NCBI GenBank assembly: GCA_964187785.1
Contig: OZ076409.1
Coordinates: 57,414,001 to 57,478,000 of the forward strand
Length of the DNA: 64,000 nt
Origin: Amphiscolops sp. MND2022
Lineage: Eukaryota
Reading direction: 5' to 3'
Positions 35,118-49,615 of the stretch are shown here, one piece after another (the stretch's first letter is position 1; each line of letters starts with the position of its first letter). The notes beneath the pieces are model-generated. The model saw nothing but the letters and a program-made list of their open reading frames with translations. It was not told the origin of the DNA and made no database searches. A program made the position numbers and the translations under genes.

Positions 35118-38100
35118 TGTTCGAAGTTCAAGGTCTTTGAGCTGGCTGAAACGTGAAACGTAAAAATTATTTTTTACCTATATGACCTCGTTAGAAGGTA
35201 ACTCTGTTGAAATTGATGATATTAATTTTGTGTAAACGTCAAATGAGACCACCTAACCAACGATCAAAGACCACATTTTGATTCCTTTACGTAGCCAAAA
35301 CCTTGACTTGTGCTTTATATGTCGTTCATTTGTATTTACTTGTATTCGATTTATTTTTACTGAGGTATTGTAAACGAGATCTAGAATCAAGTTGGGTCTC
35401 AAGGCCCCGAGACAATTCATTTTTCAAATATTTTCAACTTTTCTATAAAAAGTGAGAGCAATTAAGTAGCTACTCTGATAGTTGGAGAGTTGGAGCGCGT
35501 GAGAAGAGAGGGCCCATCAAAAAAAGATACCGTCCTTTACAAACACGAAAACCAAACTGTTCAGAAACGGTTCACAGTTCTAAACAACGGAAACGGGCAG
35601 CGTAAATTTTGTCAAGTTCAGCGTAAGATGAGGGCAAGTAGCTGTTATATTTGGTGCGTTCACCCGGACAAAGAGGAAGAAGACAACTCGTTGGTGGACA
35701 CAACTGAATACTGCCCAAGAAGAGCAGGTGTCTGACTTTTGGAGTCTGCGCTGTTGTGTCTCTGAATGTTGCGGAGTTGTTTTTTTGGTCTTTTGAGCTA
35801 TTGCCTCTGGGTTATTGGGCTTTTGTGTCTCTCGGGAAAGTGGACCATTGTGTCTTTGGGCGATTGGGCTGACACGTGATGCCTGAACGCAAGCAGATTG
35901 ATATCAACAAATTTGAAAAATTTCCCAAAAACTCAGCAGACGAAGCCCAAATCAAAAATCAACCTCAGATACCCGAATTGTTCTCAGCAATGAACAAAGC
36001 GTTGCAGAGCCCAATTTATGAGTTGAAGTTGCAGCAACAGAAATCTAGCCTTGGAAAATCAGATTGAAATTACTGATGCCATTTCACGATGAAAATGAGA
36101 CACAAAACTGTTTGGAGCTTGGGGAACAGGAAATTTTGGTTTCAAAAATGTTCTGGCCTCAAACTGAAAACTGAAGCTTTTCTGAAATCAGGAGACACGG
36201 TAGATTTTTGCCAAAAAAAAAGAATTTTGTGATTTCAGCATCGAATGGAAGACGAGGTCTGCAATTCGAGCTGAAAACTTTGAAAGAGCAAGAATAACTA
36301 CACATCCATCAGGGGAAGCTGGAACGTGAAGCAAAACAAAAGAAAAAAGCTGACTTGCAAGAAGAGTTGGGCTGCAAAACCAGAATTGCTGAAAAAGAAA
36401 TAAAAAGGTCAAAAGCTTCGAGCCGTTGTGATTCTAGCATTCGAAGTTTCTCACCTGTCGGGTTACCAGACGACAATTTGACTGACATCTCAAATCTGGA
36501 GCAGCTGAACACATGACTCAGTCCTTCAACGAGCCATCAGTACACCCGGAAACGACCGTCTCAAAACCAGTAACTACAATGCGGGCAACGCACCGAGGAC
36601 AAATTTCCGCGCACGGAAAGGACTTCAAATCTTCAGTGAAACCAACCATTTCCACAGAAGCGGCTGTGCGAGGTTATGGACGGACATAACAACGACTGAC
36701 CACTGTGCTGGTAGTCAAAGAGCAGCAGCAGATCAAACAACTGAAATTTGCCACATCGAAGCCGTCAAGGACCATTAGTGGATAGCAAACTTGGTTACTG
36801 TCTACAATTGGAGGCAACCTGAGTGGTGCATTTCGACTAAAGCCGTTCGCGAAACGCAGAAGCAGTATTCGCCAAGTCAAAGGACAAACTTTGCCTCAAA
36901 TGCAAGAGACGACTATTAAATCAGATCTAGTTTACCAAAGCTAAAGCAAATAACTCATTACGATACACATGCCGCAAAAATGAATTTCATCATCTGTTGT
37001 TATGCGTAATTTCCGTAAAACAAGAGTGAACCGCATTCTAGTCAAACAGGGTATCGGGTTCATCGCACATTGCGATGCACAGTTTAATCAGACACTGCGG
37101 ATTTTGATCATTGAGCGTAATTAGAAAATAGTGGAAACCAGCCAAGAATTTTCAATCTGAACTCCGTAACGTAATGAAGTGTCAATTAGTCAATCGTTGA
37201 CTAGAATTCCGTTTCCAATTACTTAAAAATGTTTTTCATTAAATACGGGAGGGTCGTCAAGATGACTACTTTACGCCAAATAAACAATTCTTCCTTTTTG
37301 CTTTCTTCTTCCACAACAAAGCTGCACATTGTAATTGCAGTCGTTAAATAGTTTGACTGTTTTACCCCGTTTGATTTAACTGCGGTGCACATTTTTGACT
37401 AATTTACATAATTACATTTGACCCTTATACATCAATATAATTGTTTTCCAACATACGCTAAATATTATATTTCCAGACCTTAAAGATTATTTATTACGCA
37501 AAATTATATGTATATGTATACGTATTATATTTACATATTACGTCTATTGATTGAGATTGTTTCATAAATTTCATAAGTGTATGCTGGAATAAATGTGTAC
37601 CAGGTTAAGGTGTAAAACAATCAAATTCCATCTTCGTGAGTGAAGTAGAAACCAGTCAATGTACTTAAGTGTAGAGAGTGTAAAGTAGTCATTTACTGTT
37701 TTTTGATCACTACGCGTAACGACAAATCACAGAGTGTTACGAGCAAAGCCGGTAATAGGTATCTTAAATACCGCGTTTTTATTGGCTGTTAACCGAACTA
37801 GCAAGATCTTGGTAGTTTGTTGCAGCATATGTATGGTAATGGTCAGAACTTTTTGCTGACCACTTGGAGTGGCCAAAATGGTTGCAAATATATCAAACAA
37901 GTAACTTTGCCGCGAACATGGACGACAATTCGATGAAAGACCTGAAAACCATGGTAACGGGTAAAGCCAAAGAGGCGGTTGTCGGCTTAGGATACACTGC
38001 TAAGATGTATGATATGGAGATGAAAGAACTAGTTTGTAACCTTGGGTAAACCTCAAAAGGTTGTGAACGCTCAACTGAAGCTCATTTAGTCCCTTCGAAC

Positions 38101-41100
38101 TATTGAACGTCATTACGGAGCCGCACGATATGCAAGAATAGTGTCGAGTTTCGTGATTGTTTTGACACAACTCAATTACGTGGGAGATCTAATCCCAGAG
38201 GGGATCTTGGCAATGCCACAAGGAAGTCAACACTGAACATGAAAAAAGTGGCTCACTTATGTCAAGCAAAGGAACCTGGGTCAACCTTGGACTCCATGTG
38301 TTCAGCGAAAGGCTCAATGATACAGCAGATGCGCAAGATGAATTCAACCCTGAACTCTGATCGCTCGAATTCGAACTACACAGAAAAAGGTCAAAGGCTC
38401 CACGTTTGCAATATGAGCAACAAATACAGTGGCGAACTATTCCGAATCTCATCGAAGGTGTGCGCTGAAAGATGGGAAACATCCAGTACGGAAAAACAAA
38501 AATATCACGAAGATGAAAGTCGAAGAAAGACAAGAGAATGCAAAAAAAACTGAAGCTGTGCGTCAGATGTTTTTCAGACGGACAACAGAGGAATATTTCT
38601 CTGGCAGTCTCTGCGACGTCAACAGTTGCGGATAGCCTCATCACAGATTGCTACAATAACCATACCAGAACGTAAAACGAAAGCAAAAAGTTGAAAATAT
38701 CAAAGAGGCTTCTAACCAGTCCTAAATAAGTAGCAATGGATTGCTTCCAGTCATTCCAGTATCAATAGGGAGTGGGCGTAAAACACTGAAAACGTTAGCT
38801 TTGTGCGACTTTGCAGCCAGTCTGTCGTTTGTGGACAAGACTTTGGTGAAAGCTCTGAAATTGACAAAGCAGCTAGTTGAATTGAATGTCGCAGGGATTC
38901 ATGGAACGTTAAATATCAGTAGCGAAAGAATTAAAGTGGATATGGGTAGTCAAGGTAGAAAAGTCTACGAAATCTTCCATGCCTATTGTTATCCCGACGT
39001 AAATGCGGGAAATCGAACGTACAACCTCAAGAAACTTAAGGAAGAAAATCCTCTTCTGTCAGCTCTAAAAGAAACGACCATCAACTTCGGAGATGTCAAA
39101 GCCACCTTGTGCAACGATTGTTATCATTTGCATGAGCAACAGAACTTAGAAAATATTAGAACGCAAAGCTTGGGCAGTGCAAACGACGTTGACATGGATG
39201 GTCAGTGGACTGGACCCTTACCTCAACAAGAGACTGCGAAATTATTAAGTGGAAGCTGGAAGCCTAGTTGCAGCAGAAGCAGGCCTTTGGCCGATTAGAT
39301 GAAACCTTGGTGAAGTATGGAATCAGTGAAACCAACCATTTCCACAGAAGCAGCAGTGCGAGATTATGGACGGACAGAATAAAGACTGACCATGGTGCTG
39401 GTAGTCAAAGAGCAGCAGCAGATCAAACAATTAAAATTTGCCACATCGAAGCCGTCAAGGACCATTAGTGCCTAGCAAACTTGGTAACTGTCTACAACTG
39501 GAGGCAACCTGAGTGGTGAATTTCAACTACAGCCGTTCACGAAACGCAGAAGCAGTATTCGCCAAGTCAAAGGACAAACTTTGCCTCAAATGCAAGAGAC
39601 GACTATTAAATCAGATCTAGTTTACCAAAGCTAAAGCAAATAACTCATTACGATACATATGCCGCAAAAATGAATTTCATCATCTTTTGTTATGCGTAAT
39701 TTCCGTAAAACAAGAGTGAACCGCATTCTAGTCAAACAGGGTATCGGGTTCATCGCACATTGCGATGCACAGTTTAATCAGACACTGCGGATTTTGATCA
39801 TTGAGCGTAATTAGAAAATAGTGGAAACCAGCCAAGAATTTTCAATCTGAACTCCGTAACGTAATGAAGTGTCAATTAGTCAATCGTTGACTAGAATTCC
39901 GTTTCCAATTACTTAAAAATGTTTTTCATTAAATACGGGACTGATATACACCAAATAAACAATTCATTCTATTGCTTTTTTCTTCCATAAAAAAGCTGCA
40001 CATTAAAATTGCAGTCGTTAATTAGTTTGACTGTTTTACCCCGTTTGATTAAACTGCTGTGCACATTTTTGACTAGTTTACATAAATACATTTGACAATT
40101 TTACATCGATATTATTGTTTTCCAACATACGCTAAATATTATATTTCCAGACAATAAAGATTTTTTATTACGCAAAAATATATGTACATGTATACGTATT
40201 ATATTTACATATTACGACTATTGGTTGAGATTGTTTCATAAATCTCATCCGTGTATGTTGGAATAAATGTGTACCAGGTAAAAGTGTAAAACAATCAACT
40301 TCCATCTTCGTGTGTGAAGTAGAAACCAGTCAATGTACGTAATTGTAGAGAGTGTAAAATAGTCATTTACTGTATTTTGATCACTACGCGTAACGACAAA
40401 TCACAGAGTCATGCGAGCAAAACTCGCAATACGTATCTTAATTCAGAACGCGTTTTTATTGGCTGTTAACCGAACTAGCAAGATCTTGGTAGTTTGTTGC
40501 AGCATATGTATGGTATTGGTCGGACCTTTTTGCTGACCCCTTGGAGTGACCGAAATGGTTGCAGCTATATCAAACAACTAGCCTTGCAGCGAACATGGAC
40601 GACAATTTGAAGATGAATGGCCTGCAAACCATGGTAACGGGTAAAGCCAAAGAGGCGGTTGTCAGCTTAGGATACACTGCTGATATGTATAATATGGAGT
40701 TGAAAGATCTAGTTTGTGACTGTGGGGAAACCTCAAATGGTTGTGAACCCTCAACTGAAACTAATTAAATCTTTTCCAGTTATTGAACTTCATTACGAAG
40801 TTGCATGATTTGCGAGAATAGTGTCGAGTTTCGTGAATGTTTTGACACAACTGAACTACGTGGAAGACCTAATCCCAGAGGAGGGGATCTTGGCAATGCC
40901 ACAAGCAAGTCAACACTGAATATGAAAAAAGTGGCTCACTTATGTCAAGCAGTGGAACCTGCGTTAACCTTGGACTCCATGTGTTCAGCGAATGGCTCAA
41001 TGATACAGCAGACGTGCAAATTGAATTCAACCCTGAACTCTGATCGCGCGAATACGAACTACGCAGAGAAAGGCCATAGGCTCCACGTTTGCAATGTGAG

Positions 41101-44100
41101 CAACAAACGACGAACTTTTCCAAATCTCAGCGAGCGTGTGCACGAGAAATGGCAAACATCCAATACGGAAAAACAAAAAATTTACGAAGATGAAAGTCGA
41201 AGAAAGACGTTAACCAGTCCTAAACAAGTAGCAGTGGAGTGCTTCCAGTCATTCCAGTAACAAAAGGGTGTGGGAGTAAAACACTGAAAACGTTAGCTTT
41301 GTGCGACTCTGTATCCAGTCTGTTGTTTGTGGACAAGACTTTGATGAAAGCTCTAAAATTGACGGGGCAGCTAGTTGAATAGTTGAATTGAATATCGCAG
41401 GGATTCATGGAACGTCATATATCAGTAGCGAAAGAATTAAAGTGGATATGGGTAGTCAAGGTAGAAAAGTCTACGAAATCTTCCATGCCTATTCTTATCC
41501 CGACGTAAATGCGGGAAATCGAACGTACAACCTCAAGAAACTTAAGGAAGAAAATCCTCTTCTGTCAGCTCTGAAAGAAACAACCATCAGCTTCGGAGAT
41601 GTCAAGACCACCTTGGGCAACGATTGTTATCATTTGCATAAGCAACAGAACGTCGAAAATGTGGGAATGCAAAGAAACTTGGGCATTGCAAACGACGTTA
41701 ACATGAATCGTCAGTGGACTGGGCCCTTACCCCAAGAAAAGACTGCGAAACTATCAAGTGGAAGCCTTGTTGCAGCAGAAGGGGACCCATTAGCGGATTA
41801 GGTGAAACCTTGGTGGAGTATGGAATAGTATGTTTCCAACTGCAGCGTATCCAGGAGGTCCAAGGAATATGAGAGAGCCCTTGAAGTGCTCGAGACAACC
41901 ACGAACTTCGACGGAGACAGAGAGATGACGTATGGCTACTGTAGAAAAACGCGAAGTCACAGTTGCCAAACAATTAAAGTTCAGCAGTGAGTCAATTCAA
42001 CTACCTTGGCTAATGTTGGAAAAAATGAGCAATTTAAACAACGCTACTAAGAAACGTAATGTGAACGCTGCCTGATGTGGACGTAAAAAAGTGGTTTTTG
42101 AGAACTCTGGATGAAACAGAGCTTGAAAACATCAAAACACTAAATCAGACTTTCAGTGCTAAGTTCTGCATTTCCCTGTGCTGACCCCAAAAATGACGCA
42201 AAAAAGCGAGACGCGTTTTCAATGCTGCTTCAAATTTCGGAGGTTTTTCACTAAACGATATTTTGATGGGTCCAGAACTTTACGATCGCTCATGGAAACT
42301 ATTTTCAGATTCAGCAAACTGAATTGAGAGCAGACGTTGAAGCGATCCTTCTTCAAGTGAAAATCCCTCCAGCAAACTGCAAAGTGGTAGGATTTTTTTG
42401 GAGACAAATCAACCTAACTCCGTGTTTGAACATTGACGACACATTTTGTGAGCTATTAGTCCAACAACATGTGCCAACTATGCTTTGCAACAAGTCGAAC
42501 GAGGCTGCGGAGATGAAAATGGGTTGGTTGCAAAGTTGATTACCACAAATTTGTTTATAGGTGATTTTGTGAATTCATTAGCTACAGAGGAAGAAGCTGT
42601 TCATGTCTACAAAAGGTTGTGAAATTTCTTAGCGGATGGCGCTTTTCAACTGACGCAACTCCGAGAAAGTAATGGAAGAAGTATTTCCTGAAGATAAGAC
42701 AGTCGCGCTGAGCAATACTTTCGAAGCAGAACATTTGGCACCATCTATTTTGGGGTTTCCAATGGAATGTTGAGTCAGACAGTCTTGACATCTGATGGTA
42801 TGGCAAAAGAAGTGCCTGTCAAGGTCACTCAGAGAATTTTTCTCAAGAATCTTCTGTGTTTGACTCGTTGGGGTCGTTTTCCCATTTCAGCGTGGGGATG
42901 ATATTGCGGCTCAAAGGACTTTGGAAGAAGCATGGACAATCGTGGGACGAAGAATTAAATCAAGAAGTCGAGACGACTTCAAAGGATTGGGCATCGGAAT
43001 TGTGTACCATGAATGAGATGGCTATTGAAAAAAGTATCTATCGGAAAAGGCTGAAGTGGTGCAATTGCACTTTTTCGACGATGCATCCCTGAAAGCAATG
43101 TGCATAGTACTATACTGTAAAATCAGCTCACTCGACAGATCGCCTATGTAAAAGGAAAATGCCGAGTAGCGCCAATGAAGCAACAATCTATACCACGACA
43201 AGAGCTGCAAGCAGATTTGAATGGGACTCGGTTAGACAATTAAACGTAGATGAACCCGATTTTGAAACTGGACGAACTTTGTTTTTGGACAAATTCGACA
43301 CTTTTTTGCAATGGTTGCATGAAGCTGAAACAAAACCGGTGTTTGCCGCAAACAGAGGCGTTGAAATCCTGGTGAAACCAATCATCAACGGAAACATGTC
43401 GAAAGGTCCTTAGACCTGGCTGACCTTGAAACACCAGGTAAATCTGTTTAGGAACTGGAAAAGAGGAAATGGTTGACATGGCTTCGCGATAACGAAAACG
43501 CTTGGCCACAACCCTCACCACTGTTGTTTCAACAGGTAACACAAGACACTGAACAAATCTTCGAAGACGTGTCGGAAGAAAAAGACATCGATTGGTAGAT
43601 GTTAGGTAGAGCTATGGTAGCATCGAATCACTTGAACAAATTATCGTCATTTATGAGGGGTCAGAACCGCATGCGAATATGAGGACGACATCGTCATGCC
43701 GAAGCGAAATATGACAAGAAACATCCAGTTTTACTAATTTCCTTAGCACTCAATAGTGCGGAAATTCCTTGCGGCTACGCACGAAAATACGTATCACGAA
43801 TGAACAAAGTATGTTTGCTGTATTTGCTGGAAACATATCGAATGATAGGACTTCGAAACTCTCTCAGTAATGTGGAGTCGAAGTGTGTCAAGTGCAGAAA
43901 ACAACATGTTTGGGGAGTTCAACCTTTCATGGAAGCCTGCATAAAAAAGAATGGAAGAAAGCGTTTCTCTGTTTCAATTTTTCCCTTGGACCAAAACTGG
44001 AGTAGATAACTTGGACCATTTGAAGTGAGATTGATGAGGAAATCAATAAACGATAGCGTTGTATGTTCACATGGTTGAGAACAAGAGCTGTACATGCTGA

Positions 44101-45598
44101 AATTGTGCCCAGTCTGGAAGACGACGGATGTCCTGCTGCCACTACGAGATCCATCGCACCAAGACGAAAACTTAATGTTATTTAAGGTGATAATGGAACG
44201 AATTTTGTGGTTGCAGCAACAAAAATTCGAGAGTGAATAGAAGGTTGGAATTAACTGGAAATTGAGCAGTCCCTGGCTCAAAACCAAACAAAATGGAAGT
44301 CAACCCTGTAGATGTGCTTTTTCAATAGAACAGAAAATGTTGTATGCGCAACCCTGTGTCTAGTTGAGATTTTGAGTTCGAGACCTCATACTGGTGATAA
44401 TCCTGAGGATTTGAACGCGCGAGTCCGGCAACTCCATTCATACCTGATGCTCAACGATACACGGATCTGCGAAGAGTATTCCGAGTAACGAAAGTTTATG
44501 CAGATATGTTTATGCAGATAGTTTTTGCCCATCAATTTGGTTTTGATAGTGGATTAAAATTTGAAAAGAGCACACTGAAAGATGAGTGAAGTATTCGAAA
44601 ATTATCATGGAAGCGATGGGTGAGCGAGATCAGCGCTGCTGAAAACGGATGGAAATCTCACAAAACCAGTCGTGAAACAAGCACTCCTGTTCTATGGAAA
44701 TGTTTCTTGGGTAAAACAGGGCCGGCGATGTTGGCGCCATTCGTCAGCAGGCAGAGACAACTTATTAGGAATATGTTGGTCGAAATACGAGAATTAAACT
44801 CTGAGAATCTTGAATGAAATCATAACAAAAAGTTAAGAGTCACAAATCTGCAAAACCCGCTCGAATGTGTTTCCTCGAAGACTGTTAGTCATAGAGCCAC
44901 CATGAAACTTGGCACATAAATGGAGGTGCCTAACACGAACACCCCGTCTGGGGCTCAAAGTCATTCGCCCATTATAGTTCCTTCTACCCCTAACAGGTGT
45001 GGTGTGCAAGGTCATTAAGCTAGACTTTAAAGATTATCTTTTACCTATATGACCTCGTTAGAAGGTAACTCTGTTGAAATTGATGATATTTAAATTTTGT
45101 AAACATGTCATATGAGACCACCTAACCAACAATCAAAGTCCACAATTTATCTGTCGTTTATTTATACTTACTTATGTTTGATCTATTTTTACTGAAGAAA
45201 CACTAAACCAGAGGTACCATTACTAGTTAGAGATTTTACGACTGAAAGCTAGAGTCAAGTTGGGTCGCAGTACCACGAGACAATTCACTTCTCGTATCTC
45301 TTCAACTTTTCGCTAGAAACTGAGAGCCAACAAGTAGCTGCTCTGATTGTTGGAGAGTTGAAGCGCGTGAAGAGACAGATTGGGAAGCTTGTGACAGATC
45401 TCAAAGTTTCCACTCTAGTGCAAGACGGGATGGCAGCAGAACCCACGGTTCGCATCGGACACTTCAACTAAACGAAACAGTCCTTCACAAACACGAAAAC
45501 CGGGATTGTTTAATAATGGTCCACATTACTAAACAACGGAGCAGGGCTGCGTAAAGCTTGTCAAACTTAGTGCAAGATTCGCGCAAGCAGCCGTTACA
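35118..45598 (+). mobile_element. Degenerate BEL/Pao LTR retrotransposon
   Basis: Diverged LTRs at about 35118-35648 and 44998-45598; PBS TGGTGCGTTCACCCGG at about 35652; gag (LKTMVTGKAKEAV); protease (LPVIPV...ALCD); RT (ADVEAILLQV); RNase H (LHFFDDAS); integrase (DNGTNFV). TSD not resolved. Confidence 0.85.
36633..41826 (+). repeat. Tandem duplication of the gag-protease region inside the BEL element
   Basis: Units 36633-39322 and 39323-41826 both start TCAGTGAAACCAACCATTTCCACAGAAGC and end GAAACCTTGGTG.AGTATGGAA. Confidence 0.9.
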
Positions 45599-46529
45599 TT
45601 TACTTCTGAAATAAACTGCAGGTAACAACTAAAAAAACTTACTGGAAAACAATTTCAGCGTCGTTGAACCTTTTTATCATGCATATCAACATTTTTATTT
45701 CAAACTGTACGAAACTTGTGAAACAGAGAATTAAAAACCGAAAAACTTTTGCGTCATTCCAAAGTAATTTCCGTAAAAAACTGTAATGCACAACTAATTG
45801 AATGTTTGGAGTTATTGAACAGACTGATTTATCAGTTTATTATGTTTCCGCAGGTAATGTTTACTTTAATATAGTCAATTCTGAACCTTTTGATTTTTGG
45901 ACTTTTTAGCGCTCATTCTGAAGCACCTTTCCAGGAAAAAGCTGATGTTTTTCAGAAACTTCTTCAGTGTCAGTCATTGGTGGTTGCGTACGCCGTTCTA
46001 ATTCACCAAATCAGGGAAAGGTTTCCAAATTGTGCATTCAAATTATAATTTTTTTCTACTTTTGAGATACTTTTCCTCAAACTTTTCCTATTCGAGATTC
46101 TTTTCCAAAAAGAAAACTGCAAAAAAACTTGTTTAGAAAACGCGCTGCATACCTAATTATACCGTTTAGAATTTTTTAAAAATGTCTCGGGTACAAAACA
46201 AATTTGCCATGTTATGATTTTTTGCGATTACTTCGCAATCATTTCGATGCCGTTTTCTACCTGGAAACTGCATTTCTCTTTCAAAAGGTCTAATGGATAA
46301 CGGTTTGTTTGCTGTGGAAAATTTTGATTCTTCTAACAAGGGAAATTTTTAAATATTTTACAAGTCTTCAATTTAAAAAAGTTGGAGTTTTTTCTATTTC
46401 GTCTTCTCGAAAGGTCTCTTTCAAGTAACTTTGAAGCAAAATTCTGCAACTCGCTCATCAATAAAAACATCTTTCATTACTAGTTTGTTCCTCCATGAAA
46501 GTTTTCAATCTCTTCAGCCACAAAAACCG

Positions 46530-46908
46530 AAACAGGCCGGGAACGGCCCAAGTCGGCGCCATATCTAAGGCTCAAAACGACTCGAAAACCACTTTTTCTA
46601 CAACTGGAGACAACAAAAGCTCTCAAAAAACTAAAAATTGAGAAAAAAATTCCGAATTTTTTTTGAATTTTCTTTTGAAGTTTTCGGTAAGTCGCATAGT
46701 GCCGAAAAATGTAAAAGGGGGGACGCTTTTTATCTCATGTTAAACGCTTTGGATGCGTTGAAAATGAAGTACTAATCACATATGGTAAAAATTGGTAAAT
46801 GTGCATTAATTGCCTTAATGCACAAAAAGTGGACGTTCGCGTTGAACTGACGAAAAAAAAACTGGCCACTGTAAGAGTCGGGATTTTCTTCGAAAGCGCC
46901 GACTAAAA
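46530..46908 (-). mobile_element. Helentron-associated interspersed element (HINE/DINE-1-like)
   Basis: Minus strand: TTTT, sub-TIR AGTCGGCGC, nearby partial IR CCGACT, body, 3' sub-TIR GCGCCGACT, hairpin GGCCG-TTCC-CGGCC, TGTTT. Confidence 0.75.
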
Positions 46909-49475
46909 GTCGTACACAGAATGCATGGCAAATGACTCTTCGGGGTCAACAATTCTTTCGACTTTTTGGGGTCAAGGTGAGGCAGATTTCCTTTAGAAAC
47001 TTGCATTCATTTTCAAAAAAGCAATTGGACTATGAAATTGAATTTTCATGGGGAGTTTCACATACCAACTTTACGAAATTTTCAAAATTCACAAAGTTGG
47101 CGCTGAATTACATAGTGGAAAATTTAGGATTGTTTTTATTTTGGGACAACCTTTAGGCTTTTTTACAACTTAATTTGCAATTGACTCATGCAAAAAGGCC
47201 ACTGTATACCCTGATTTTATGCTGTTGAATGTTTTCATTTTTCTAATTGACAAAATCTTACAAAAAGTTTAAGAAGTTTCCAAAAGACTCGATCTTCGGA
47301 TTTCCGACAGCTTTGCGTCCTTCTGAGACCTTCTACTACATCATAAAGCAGAACAAAGTTTTCCTTCGAAAGGAAAAAAACTGCACAGCTTGATGAACCG
47401 TCTACCTCACGATATTGTTCGCAAACTATCATTAAATTTTCTAAAAACAGGAAATTTTTTTGCTTTGGACTTTTTGGGTCAAATATAGGCCTTTTCTGAA
47501 CACAAATCCGCAAACATCTCTTCTCGAAAGCCAACCTGTTGTCAATTGAGAGTGTTGCAGAACTTTTCACCATTGTAACTCTCGGGAAGTTTCGAAACTT
47601 TCACATAACTTTTCACCATCTTTTGAATACTTGAACTTTTAATTTCCCGACCCAATGATGCAGAACACTGCAACGTTCTTTTCCAAAAAGCATACAGCAT
47701 AGCTAGTTTGTTCGTGATTCAAAATCTTGAAACGTTCAATCTGCAAAAACTTTCCAAAATTGGACTCAAATTGTATGAAAAACAACATAAGGTGCAAAAT
47801 TTTGGACTTTTTGGATCTTTTGGTTTCAAATTAGGACATTTTTTGTCGAAAAGATCTATTTCTCTCTTCAAAATCCTACTGTGCAAAGGATACCAGATTC
47901 ATTTGATTTTGAATAGTTTCGAAGTTTTTATCTACAAAGTTTTCGAAAAATCACGAAAACGGAAGAGAAGAAGTCAACTCTTTTTAGTTTTTGCGATCTG
48001 TTTGTGGCAATTTTCTATCAAGGTGCAATTCTCTTGCAAAAACGCATATTAGACAACAAAATTGTTTGTTTGTGAACGTATACATTGTTCAAATCTACAA
48101 AATCTGTCGGTAGCTCGACGAAAATTGCATGGAAACCCTGAAAATTGGAAGTTTTTGTTTTTTTGTTATTTCTGGTGTCAATTTGAGGCACTTTTCTATT
48201 GAGTTCCTATATTCATCCCTTCATAAAAGTCTTCTGGACAACAATGTTTTCGTGGTCGAAAATTTTCAATGTTTCAATCCACGGAATCTATCGAGAAAAG
48301 ATGATGAAAATTGCTTTAAAACAATAGAAAGAGGACAATTGGTTCTGATTTTGGACAATTTCGAGCCCTTTTCTACAAAACATTGCATTTTACTCATGCA
48401 AAAAAACTACTGTATAACGCAATTGTAGTCTTATGAACATTTTCATTCCTCAAATGATCAAAACCTTACAAAAAAATTACGAAGTTTCCAAAAAAAACTC
48501 GATCTTTGGTTTTTCAACGTTCTAATCGACAAAATCTATCGAAAAAGTGATGAAAAGTGCTTAAAAACAATAAAAAGCGGAAAGTTTTCTAGTTTTGTCA
48601 TTTTTGGGGGTCAATTTGAGATATTTTTGCATCGAAAACCACATTTAGTTTTTGTGAAAAGCCTACTGGAAAACGAATTGTTTCCTTGTTCAACGTTGTT
48701 TAACATTGCACTACTCGAACTTTGTCGAAAATTTGACAAAAATTGCATAAAATGTTGAAACTTGGAATTTTTTGTCCAATTCGGGGTCATCTTGGGTCAA
48801 TCTTGGGATCTTGGGGATCTTGGGTCAATCAAAAATCTCTACAAATACATTTCACATGAAACTTTAAAGTTATGTCAGTTGAATTTTTTTGGTGAAACCC
48901 TATTAACTTCAGTACAATTTTCAAATTTGGGATATGGCAAGTTCTGAAAAAAAACGCGGCTGATTTAAATATTTTCCTTTCCCATATGAAACATGGACGG
49001 AAAGTAATAAAACCGTTGCTGTCGACATAATGTTGACTTGGGCATTAACTCACAGTTAACAATTTCTCAGTTTTAATTTATGGCGGAGAAAAGTTGCGTT
49101 AAATATGGGCTTTCCTATACGATTTTAGCTCGTTCCAGGGGTGATTTTTTTCTTAAACCTTTGGGGAGGGGGGTTGTAGGTTTCATGTTCAAATAAGAAA
49201 ATAAAAAACATGGTCCAAATTTTCCACTGGAATGTGTGACTAACCGACTTTGAGATGCTTGTACGAAAATTCCTGACATAAAGTTGCTGCTGAAAACTGA
49301 CACAAAACAAAAATACAAACAAATCCTTGTTTGTTTTGAATTTTTGAAAAATTCAATAAAAAATCAGCCATCATTCATTGGTCTGTTTGAGAGCAAATAA
49401 TTTAACCTCAGAAGTCAACAATGCCCAAACGAACGCTAACTACTTTGTTTGAAATTTCTGAGGTTTAAAACTGTA

Positions 49476-49615
49476 AAGCGACAATTCGTCCCAAGCGGCG
49501 ATTCGTCCCAAGCGTTGATTCGTCCCAAGCGACAATTCGTTCAAAATTCCAAACAGCGACAATTTGTGCCAAGCGTCAATTCGTCCCATTTTGAAAAGGC
49601 GACATTTCGTCCCAA
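49476..49615. repeat. 17-bp tandem repeat array (AAGCGACAATTCGTCCC)
   Basis: About seven degenerate copies; probably the subterminal array of a truncated MITE. Confidence 0.8.

Noticed and set aside
34715..35163. Short overlapping ORFs between element C and the BEL element
   Set aside because: No recognisable motifs or supported splice structure.
46910..49320. Many 60-115 aa Phe/Lys-rich ORFs
   Set aside because: AT-rich degenerate repeat DNA; the composition explains the ORFs.
49476..49615. CRISPR-like repeats
   Set aside because: Head-to-tail 17-mers without regular spacers.
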